A stretch of 30,149 nt of DNA, from positions 1 to 30,149 of IMG/VR virus record IMGVR_UViG_3300042387_001520; one strand, written 5' to 3'. Shown piece after piece: positions 23,266-30,149 of the stretch. Under the pieces are notes generated by a model. It had not been told where the DNA came from and ran no database searches. It saw nothing but the letters and a program-made list of their open reading frames with translations. The translations under genes and the position numbers were made by a program. Position 1 is the first letter of the stretch. Each line of letters opens with the position of its first letter. Source of the stretch: a virus. Lineage: Duplodnaviria; Caudoviricetes.

Positions 23266-24318
23266 ATGGAACAGACGACAGAAACAGCATTCAGCATCGG
23301 CGAAGTCATCGACCAGTTGGGCATCAAACTCCCGACCGTAGATGAGACTCCGGCGGCCCCCGAGGCCGAACAGGAAGCAGTCGCGGATGAGACCCCTACT
23401 GACAACACCCCAGAAGATCAGCCCGAAGACGCCGATCCCGCCGAGTCCACCGAGGATTCGTCTGATCCGTCCGATTCTGAACAACCCGAAGACGCCACCG
23501 AGGAAGACGCCGACGAGACCGCCGAGGAAGACCCTGAGTCTGCCGAAGCGCCCGCCGTGAAGAAGCTCGCCAAGCGAGTGGACAAGCTCACCGCACGCGC
23601 CAAAAGCGCCGAGGAGCAAGCCACCACGCTGCAAGCCGAACTCGCCGCCGCCAAGGATGCGCTCACCCGCGCCCAGCCGATTGTATTGCAAGATGCAGCC
23701 GACCCGCTGGCCGATGTGACCAGCGCCGAAGCCCTCGAAAGCCGCCTCGCCGCAGCCAATACCGTGCTCGACAATGTGCCCGATCTCATTGCAAAGGCCG
23801 ACTACGAAGGCGGCGAAGTGGAAGTGCCTATGGGAGACGGCAGCACCCGCAAGTTCACGAAGCAAGAGCTTCAAGAGCGCCTGCGAGTCGCCCGCCAGAT
23901 TCTCAAGGCCGAGCCTGCCCGCCGGACCTACCTCGCTCAACGCGAGAGTTTCCAGCACGAAGCCCGGCAGGTTTACCCCGAGTTGTTCCAAGAAGAATCC
24001 CAGGCCAGGCAAATGATGATGGCTACGCTCCAAGCGTATCCCGGCATCGCCAAGCTACCGAACCTGGAGCTGATCATCGGTGACGCCATTCGTGGACAAG
24101 CCCTCCGCTTCCAGCAAGCCGAGGCCATCCAAAAGAAAGCCGCCACAGCCAAGGCCAAGCCTGCCGCACCGGCAGCCGCCAAGCCAGCCGTAGCCCCGAA
24201 AGTTGTCAGTCCCTCAGCCGCCCCCAAGACCAAATCCCAAGCCGACCCGCTCGAAGCGTTGAAGAAGTCTGGAAACCGTGACGCCGCCGAAAATTTCGTC
24301 GCCTCACTTTTCAACTAA
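23266..24318 (+). CDS. Capsid scaffolding protein
   Basis: Very acidic disordered N-terminus, coiled coil KRVDKLTARAKSAEE, Ala/Pro/Lys tail; directly upstream of the capsid gene; start at ATG 23266. Confidence 0.8.
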   Translation: MEQTTETAFSIGEVIDQLGIKLPTVDETPAAPEAEQEAVADETPTDNTPEDQPEDADPAESTEDSSDPSDSEQPEDATEEDADETAEEDPESAEAPAVKKLAKRVDKLTARAKSAEEQATTLQAELAAAKDALTRAQPIVLQDAADPLADVTSAEALESRLAAANTVLDNVPDLIAKADYEGGEVEVPMGDGSTRKFTKQELQERLRVARQILKAEPARRTYLAQRESFQHEARQVYPELFQEESQARQMMMATLQAYPGIAKLPNLELIIGDAIRGQALRFQQAEAIQKKAATAKAKPAAPAAAKPAVAPKVVSPSAAPKTKSQADPLEALKKSGNRDAAENFVASLFN

Positions 24319-24353
24319 CCAACCCCAAAACCTAATCCCCCCAAACTACTACT

Positions 24354-25364
24354 ATGCCCGCAACCCCCATCACTACAGTCAAAGGCCAACGCGAGGATCT
24401 TTCCGACGCAATGGTCCTCATCGAACCCGGCGACACACCGCTTTTCTCCATGTGCAAAAAAGCCAAGGAGCCAGCCAATGTGCTCTTCCAATGGCCTGCC
24501 GACCGCTACAACGACCCGCAAACCGCAGGCGTCCTCGCTAACGATGATGTCTCCAGCTTTGACGACCAGCACGCCAACCGCGTCCTCCTCAGCGGCCGCA
24601 TCCAGAAAGTGCGCCGTTCGTTCCAAGTGGACGACCTCGTTGAGAATGTCGCCGACCTCGCAGGCGTTGGCCGCAAGCAGGCTTTCAATAAGTCCGCTGC
24701 CAAAGCCCTCGTTGAGCTGAAGATCGACATCGAGGCCATCATGGGTAGCGACAACGACAGCCAAGTGCAGTCCGGCGCAAACCCCTACAAGACCCGTGGC
24801 GTTGGCTCATGGATCAGCTCCACCGCGCAATCCGACGCAGCCACAGCAGTGGATGCCGCGTTCCGCACCCCAGCCGCTTCGATCAACACGACTGCCACCA
24901 CTTCTCTCACCGAGAACAATGTCATCGATGTGCTTCAGTCCATCTACGGCGTGCGCCGCGCTCGCCGGAACTACGACCTCGTTTGCGGCACCAGCCTCAA
25001 GCGTGCGTTCACCAACTTCATCCGCACTCAGACTGGCTCGACAAATGTCATGTCCAGCGTCCGTGGCTTCAACAGCAATGTGGAAGACAAGAAGATCGTG
25101 AACACCATCGACATCTACGAAGGTGACTTCGGTATCCTGTCACTCCATGTGTCCACCTACCTCGCCCATGGCGCGGCAGCAGCCGTCTCGGCCGCCCGTG
25201 GCTATGTGCTCGACATGGACCTCCTCTCCATCGGTTTCAATCGCAAGCCTCGCATGGAAGAGCTCGAAGACCGTGGCGGCGGACGCCGTGGCTTCTGCGA
25301 CGCCATCTTCGGCGTTGCCGTGAGCAACCCGCAGGTTCTCGGAAAATTCGCAGCTACTGCGTAA
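24354..25364 (+). CDS. Major capsid protein (DUF5309/SU10-like, HK97 fold)
   Basis: GQREDLSD...PGDTPLFSM...FQWPAD, QKVRRSFQV, ELKIDIE, IDIYEGDFG; 336 aa. Confidence 0.88.
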   Translation: MPATPITTVKGQREDLSDAMVLIEPGDTPLFSMCKKAKEPANVLFQWPADRYNDPQTAGVLANDDVSSFDDQHANRVLLSGRIQKVRRSFQVDDLVENVADLAGVGRKQAFNKSAAKALVELKIDIEAIMGSDNDSQVQSGANPYKTRGVGSWISSTAQSDAATAVDAAFRTPAASINTTATTSLTENNVIDVLQSIYGVRRARRNYDLVCGTSLKRAFTNFIRTQTGSTNVMSSVRGFNSNVEDKKIVNTIDIYEGDFGILSLHVSTYLAHGAAAAVSAARGYVLDMDLLSIGFNRKPRMEELEDRGGGRRGFCDAIFGVAVSNPQVLGKFAATA

Positions 25365-25381
25365 CACCCGCCCCCCAGCCC

Positions 25382-25420
25382 TTGCCGGTGGCCCCTCGTC
25401 TCAGGACAGGCCACCGGCAA
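25382..25420 (+). terminator. Strong hairpin after the capsid gene (terminator or mRNA stabiliser)
   Basis: TTGCCGGTGGCC (25382-25393) / GGCCACCGGCAA (25409-25420), 12-bp perfect stem; short T-run further downstream. Confidence 0.55.
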
Positions 25421-25441
25421 CCGGGGCTCCCCTTTTCAATA

Positions 25442-25789
25442 ATGGAAATACTCAAAGAAGCGTTAAGCGACATCCCCGGCGAGGTGGCCGAGGGCGTAAA
25501 GAACGAGCTCCTCGCCCAGTGGAACTCCAAGGCCGTCCAAGCCGACGCCCGCCAACACCTCATCGCCGCCGACCACGCCAAGCAAGACCTCCGCTCCATC
25601 GAGGGCGTAGGCGCTTTGACTCTCTCCATCGACGCTCAGATTTACCACTTCTGGAACTGGCAACTCCCCGGTTGCTGGAACGACCCAGACTTCATCCCAT
25701 GGTTCAAGCGAAACTACCCCCAGTGCGTCGTGCGCTGCGGCGGCACAGGCAAGACCATGCTCCTCATGCCGGGCCTCAAAGCAGCATGA
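25442..25789 (+). CDS. Hypothetical head-module protein
   Basis: 115 aa from ATG 25442; ...YHFW...GCWNDPDFIPWFKRNYP. Confidence 0.7.
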   Translation: MEILKEALSDIPGEVAEGVKNELLAQWNSKAVQADARQHLIAADHAKQDLRSIEGVGALTLSIDAQIYHFWNWQLPGCWNDPDFIPWFKRNYPQCVVRCGGTGKTMLLMPGLKAA

Positions 25790-25898
25790 CAAATCTTTTT
25801 GCCAGTTCACGCATTGCGGCGGGGTTTGTTTCCCTGGTCATTTCATACGCGCTGGCCGTAACCGCATTAAAAGCGGCCTCTGGCAACTCTTTCATCGC

Positions 25899-27992
25899 AT
25901 GAAGTCCTACGACGACGAGCCAGACCGCGACACGAAGTATTGGGTAGGCCAGCTCACCGAAGCCGCTACCGATGGCAGTTGGTTCTCCGCCGTGCGCAGC
26001 CGCAACTACGACACCCGCATGTCGCTCTGGGACGGGCAGTCCTCGGATGGCCGCAAGTGGGCCAGCAACTACGGCAAAAATGTTTTCCCCTGGGAAGGCG
26101 CTGCCGACAGCCGCATCCGCCTCGCCGATCTTGTTTGCAACCGCGAGACCCAGCTTTGCCTCACCTCGACCTTTGCCGCCCGCCTGCAAATGATGCCGGT
26201 GGAGTCCACCGACGCCATGTCCCGCACGGCCGCCGAGTCTGTGCTGAAGTGGATGCTCTTCACCCACTGCGCCTCCGACCTCCGGCGCGAACTCGAACTC
26301 GCCCTCAACATCCGCGCCACCTACGGCCTCGCCATCATGGGCGTGTTTTGGAAAACCACGACGCGCATCGAGGAAAAATCCGTCAGCCTCGAAGACCTCA
26401 TCGTTATGGCCCAAGAGCAGGGCGACCCCGCCTCCCCCCTCGCCATGCTCATCGGCGCAATCCTCGATCCACTCCAAGAGGAAGTGGCTATCGAGCTGGC
26501 CGAGCAATTCGCCCCCGGCACCGGCACCGCCGCCAATATCCGCAAGCTCCGCGAAGGGGGCACCGTCGAATACACCGAGCCCTACATTTTTGAGAGCAAG
26601 CCTGAGTGGACGGCGTTGGAGCCTTTCAACGACATTATTTTCCCCACTGCCACCTACGACCTGCAACGCGCCCCATGGATCGCCCGGCGCGAGATGGTGA
26701 CTTGCGAGGAGCTGGAGGAACGCACGCTCACCGAAGGCTACCCCTACGAATTTTACGAGAAGGCCAAGAACTACAAAGGCGCAAGCCTGTGGCCCGTCTA
26801 TTCGCAGCAGAACCACAACCGCCGCGATAGCATCCTCTGGCAAGACTACCGCGACCTGGTGGAAATCTGGCATGTTTACAGCAAGGAGACCGACGAGAAG
26901 ACCGGCGCTACCAAAGTCATGTGCCGCGTCATGCACCCGAATGTGGACATCTTCGCCAAGGAGGAGATTTCCCCCTACTCACACGGCGAGTATCCCTTCA
27001 TCGAGTTGGCCCGCGAGCGTGTGAGCCGGTGCATCCTCGAAGCCCGAGGCATCCCCGAGATCGTTTCGACGATGCAGGCCGAAATCAAGACCCAGCGCGA
27101 CTACCGCACTGATCGCGCCGGGATCGCCATACTTCCCCCAATGCGCATACCGAGCAATAGGGGGAAACTTGACATCGTGCTCGGCCCCGCCGTCCAAATC
27201 CCCGAGCGCCGCCCGAATGAGTTTGGCTGGATGCAACCGCCGCCCTTCGACCAAGGCACCATCGAGATCGAACGCGCCGTGCGCCGTGATGTCAACGAAT
27301 ACTTCGGCATGGCAGGCGAGGGAGTCGATCCCAACTATGTCGCCTTGGTCACACAGCACACGGTGGACCGCTGGCTCCGCGACTTCAAGGCCATCATCAC
27401 CCAGACCTACCAGCTCATGCAGCAATACATGCTGCCGGTGCAAATCCTCCGCGTCTCCGGCGGGCAGGCTCTTCCCTTCCAGGCCGACCGCGAAAGCATC
27501 CAAGGCAAGTTCGACCTCATCATTGATTGGGACGCCAAGAACCTCGACGCCGAAGCCCTCGGCGTGAAGCTCAATTATATCTCCCAAGCCATCGTCCCAA
27601 TGGATGTCGCCGGTGTCATCGACCGCGCCGGGCTCGTCAAATTCATCATGGCTGCGGTTGACCCAAACCTCGCCGACATCCTCGTCCGCGACCCCGGCCC
27701 CGCCGCCGCCATGGAGGCCAACGAAGAACAACTCGCCTTCACAAAGATCGCCGCAGGCACCGAGCCCGAACTTCCCGCCGAAGGGCAGAACCACCAGCTC
27801 CGCGCCCAAGTTCTCCAAGGCATCATCCAAGCCAACCCCGCCCTGCAACAACGCATCCAGCAAGACGAGATTTTCCGCAACATGATCGAGGCGCGAATGA
27901 AGGGTTTTAACTTCCAGCTTCAACAACAGCAAAACGCCCAGATAGGCCGCCAAGGCACCCTGCCCGCGTTGCAGCAAGGAGGCCCACAATGA
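25899..27992 (+). CDS. Portal protein (P22-like size)
   Basis: 697 aa; FPWEGAAD, YGLAIMGVFW, PYSHGEYPFI, RGIPEIV, Gln-rich C-terminal helix; located in the head-tail module. Confidence 0.85.
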   Translation: MKSYDDEPDRDTKYWVGQLTEAATDGSWFSAVRSRNYDTRMSLWDGQSSDGRKWASNYGKNVFPWEGAADSRIRLADLVCNRETQLCLTSTFAARLQMMPVESTDAMSRTAAESVLKWMLFTHCASDLRRELELALNIRATYGLAIMGVFWKTTTRIEEKSVSLEDLIVMAQEQGDPASPLAMLIGAILDPLQEEVAIELAEQFAPGTGTAANIRKLREGGTVEYTEPYIFESKPEWTALEPFNDIIFPTATYDLQRAPWIARREMVTCEELEERTLTEGYPYEFYEKAKNYKGASLWPVYSQQNHNRRDSILWQDYRDLVEIWHVYSKETDEKTGATKVMCRVMHPNVDIFAKEEISPYSHGEYPFIELARERVSRCILEARGIPEIVSTMQAEIKTQRDYRTDRAGIAILPPMRIPSNRGKLDIVLGPAVQIPERRPNEFGWMQPPPFDQGTIEIERAVRRDVNEYFGMAGEGVDPNYVALVTQHTVDRWLRDFKAIITQTYQLMQQYMLPVQILRVSGGQALPFQADRESIQGKFDLIIDWDAKNLDAEALGVKLNYISQAIVPMDVAGVIDRAGLVKFIMAAVDPNLADILVRDPGPAAAMEANEEQLAFTKIAAGTEPELPAEGQNHQLRAQVLQGIIQANPALQQRIQQDEIFRNMIEARMKGFNFQLQQQQNAQIGRQGTLPALQQGGPQ

Positions 27993-28936
27993 AAGCGACG
28001 CCCTACCGCACCGTCCGCGATGGCGTGATTTCCCGCATGGGCATCGACCCCGCGCAGCCGCTTATGGCCTCGCAAGCCACGGCGCTGGCTGAGTATTTGA
28101 CCACCGCTGCGGCGACGGCTTGGACCTTCTTTGATTGGCCGGATGTCTATCTCACCGAGGCCCGCACGCCGGTGGGCGAGGGCTATGCGCCGGGGCTTTA
28201 TACCTATGAGTCGGATTATGTCGGCACGACCTCCTACATCGGCCGCGCCTTGCAGGGATCGCAATTTGCGGACCCTGTGTGGCGCATCAAGCGCGTCACC
28301 ACGACCGCTGCGGGCGATATGCTAAATATCGACACCGCCGTGGATGTCGCTTGGAACGACCGCACGACCGCGACCTACATCGAGACCAGCACGAATGCGC
28401 CTGCGGAGGAGTTCATCCCCTACATCCCGCTGCTCGCTCCAGGCCAGAAGGCCATTGGGAATGTGCTTAAGGTTTATGACATCAAGCCCGACGAAGGCCG
28501 CGTCACACTCTCGCTGGATTTCGTCGTCACCGAAGACCGCATCCTCATCACCGATACGGACTACATCTCCGGCCAAGTCTGGGTGGAGTTCTCGCTGCCT
28601 CAGCCCCGCTTCACAGCGACCGCTTTCAACGCCTCCACCGCCTACTCCGCTGGCGACATCGTTTACTACAACACCACCGGCGATTGCTACGAGGCCATCG
28701 CTGACACGACTGGCAATCTCCCGACGAATGAGGAGTTCTGGCTACGCCATCGCATCCCCGCGTTCTTGGCGGACTACCTCAAGTTCTACGCGCTCGCTGA
28801 AACGCTTTCCGAGGACGGCCAGATGGACAAAGCCAACTACCAGTTCGCCCGCGCCGAAGGCATCCTGCAACAACGCATGGACGATGCCTGGCTGCGCAAA
28901 GGCGAGGTGCGCCGCTACAGCGCCAGCTTCCAATAA
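27989..28936 (+). CDS. Putative head-tail adaptor / tail tubular protein with inserted domains
   Basis: Helical N- and C-termini (AW..FDWPD; IPAFLADYL...EDGQMDKA) directly after the portal; internal CBM5/12-like segment. Confidence 0.6.
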   Translation: MKATPYRTVRDGVISRMGIDPAQPLMASQATALAEYLTTAAATAWTFFDWPDVYLTEARTPVGEGYAPGLYTYESDYVGTTSYIGRALQGSQFADPVWRIKRVTTTAAGDMLNIDTAVDVAWNDRTTATYIETSTNAPAEEFIPYIPLLAPGQKAIGNVLKVYDIKPDEGRVTLSLDFVVTEDRILITDTDYISGQVWVEFSLPQPRFTATAFNASTAYSAGDIVYYNTTGDCYEAIADTTGNLPTNEEFWLRHRIPAFLADYLKFYALAETLSEDGQMDKANYQFARAEGILQQRMDDAWLRKGEVRRYSASFQ

Positions 28937-28944
28937 CCACCCCC

Positions 28945-28964
28945 TTGACACCCTTCACCATAAT
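28945..28964 (+). promoter_or_regulatory. TTGACA-N8-CATAAT motif (copy 3)
   Basis: TTGACACCCTTCACCATAAT, fully intergenic, 12 nt before ATG 28977. Confidence 0.55.
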
Positions 28965-28976
28965 TAAATTAACGAC

Positions 28977-29273
28977 ATGAGTAACCCCACAATTCAGATC
29001 GCCGCTCGCAACACCGCTGGCATTGTCCAGCCCGTCCAAGCCACACCAGATGGGGCTCTGCGGGTGAGCACAGGTTTTCCCACTCCCGCTTACACGAAGT
29101 ATGAAAATGTTCGTTTCACATCCCCCGCGACAAACAACACAAGCTATGTCGATTTCACTTTCAACGGCACCTCAGTAGCTCGAATCGTGAATACCTATTT
29201 CGGAGCCAACCCCCCCACAGCAGACAACGCCGAACTCCGTAGCGCCGAGATTAAATTCCCGCCCTATACCTAA
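28977..29273 (+). CDS. Hypothetical virion protein
   Basis: 98 aa, beta-rich, in the tail module. Confidence 0.65.
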   Translation: MSNPTIQIAARNTAGIVQPVQATPDGALRVSTGFPTPAYTKYENVRFTSPATNNTSYVDFTFNGTSVARIVNTYFGANPPTADNAELRSAEIKFPPYT

Positions 29274-29539
29274 TGTCGCAGGTTTTTTTCAATCCCCTTT
29301 CCGGCGCAGCGCAGAATATCGCTCTGCCCCAACTCGACTCATCAGGCCAACTCTCTGGCGATCTCATTCCGAGCGACTTCGACGATGTTCAGCGCTTTGA
29401 CAATCTCGCTGCATTCCCTGCCGAGGGCGTCGTAGCCCGCATCTATTTTGCTGCCGACAGCAACCTCCCATACCGATGGGACCCACCCACACTTTCCTAC
29501 CAGCCCATCGTCGCCGATTCGGACGGCGGTGAGTTTTAG
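29273..29539 (+). CDS. Hypothetical tail-fibre-associated protein
   Basis: LDSSGQL...IPSDFDDV..F.NLAAFPAEG...IY.A.DSN..YRW ... DGGEF, a segment commonly seen in phage fibre proteins. Confidence 0.65.
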   Translation: MSQVFFNPLSGAAQNIALPQLDSSGQLSGDLIPSDFDDVQRFDNLAAFPAEGVVARIYFAADSNLPYRWDPPTLSYQPIVADSDGGEF

Positions 29540-29579
29540 GACCACCCCGCAGTAACAACCCCCCAAAACATTAAATAAT

Positions 29580-30149
29580 ATGCCCTCAAACATTCGCATC
29601 AAACGCCGCTTGACCGGCGCAGCCGGAGCCCCAGCCAGCCTGCTCGCAGGTGAGCCAGCCTGGAATAAAGTAAACGAGGTTCTCTATCTCGGTTCCGAAA
29701 ATTCCATCGACGCAGTAGCAGGCCGTGGCGCAGTCGTCATGCTCGACGGCGCACAGACCGTTGCAGGCGTCAAAACCTTCTCCGACACCATCACTGGTTC
29801 CGTCTCTGGCAACGCAGGCACAGCCACCGCGCTTCAGACCGCCCGCGACATCTCGCTCACTGGCGATGTCACAGGCACAGCCTCTGCCTTTAACGGCTCG
29901 GCCAACGCCTCCATCTCCGCCACTCTGGCCAACAGCGGCGTCTCCGCAGGCACGCACACCAAAGTCACCGTGGACGCCAAAGGCCGCGTCACCGTTGGCG
30001 CAAACCTCGAAGCCAGCGACATCCCATCGCTCACCGCGTCCAAAGTCTCCGACTTCGACACCCAGGTTCGTTCCAGCCGCCTCGACCAAATGGCCGCGCC
30101 AACCGCGTCCGTTTCGCTCAACAGCCAAAAGATCACCGGCCTCGCCGAG
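29580..30149 (+). CDS. Tail fibre protein, N-terminal part (3' truncated by window)
   Basis: Translated by hand: MPSNIRIKRRLTGAAGAPASLLAGEPAWNKVNEVLYLG ... QTVAGVKTF ... GNAGTATALQTARDISLTGDVTG ... GTHTKVTVDAKGRVT; open to the window end; absent from the ORF track. Confidence 0.85.
   Translation, partial: MPSNIRIKRRLTGAAGAPASLLAGEPAWNKVNEVLYLGSENSIDAVAGRGAVVMLDGAQTVAGVKTFSDTITGSVSGNAGTATALQTARDISLTGDVTGTASAFNGSANASISATLANSGVSAGTHTKVTVDAKGRVTVGANLEASDIPSLTASKVSDFDTQVRSSRLDQMAAPTASVSLNSQKITGLAE

Larger units (their letters stand above)
1..30149. mobile_element. Temperate tailed phage (Caudoviricetes, podovirus-like gene content), partial genome in unintegrated (attP) configuration
   Basis: Integrase, attP, regulators, replication initiator plus DnaB, TerL, scaffold, capsid, portal, adaptor, tail fibre and a giant internal virion protein. 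No tape measure, sheath or host housekeeping genes seen in the window. Confidence 0.95.

Noticed and set aside
1-30149. Lysis cassette, DNA methyltransferase or defence system
   Set aside because: No recognisable motifs in this window; such genes may lie in the unseen part of the genome.

Overview
The whole window is one temperate tailed dsDNA phage with podovirus-like modules and no host genes. Left to right: the end of the virion/ejection module (partial YkgJ-like Cys-cluster gene, two probable ejection proteins, a ~2,090-aa polyvalent protein with HExxH and an LPD38-like C-terminus); a tyrosine integrase; an intact attP (3' half of tRNA-Arg(ACG) flanked by 12-bp arm-type repeats), which implies an excised or free genome; a leftward early operon (DUF932, small proteins, PEGA-like lipoprotein); a divergent switch made of two ribbon-helix-helix genes; a rightward operon (Xis-like, putative TerS, DUF551, DEDDh exonuclease, DUF1376/YdaU-like initiator with iterons, DnaB); TerL; scaffold, DUF5309-like capsid, portal, adaptor; and the start of a tail fibre. 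The most unusual signals are non-coding. (i) A second att-like site lies 5 kb from attP, inside the tail of the putative terS gene next to a pac-like G/C-run region. It has a 23/25 copy of the integrase arm repeats plus a mimic of the tRNA anticodon stem. (ii) A TTGACAC-N7/8-(T/C)A(T/A)AAT motif with compressed spacing occurs in front of three late-region genes. (iii) A family of covarying CGA-loop hairpins runs along the leftward early operon. All family assignments come from motif recognition by eye; no database searches were run.
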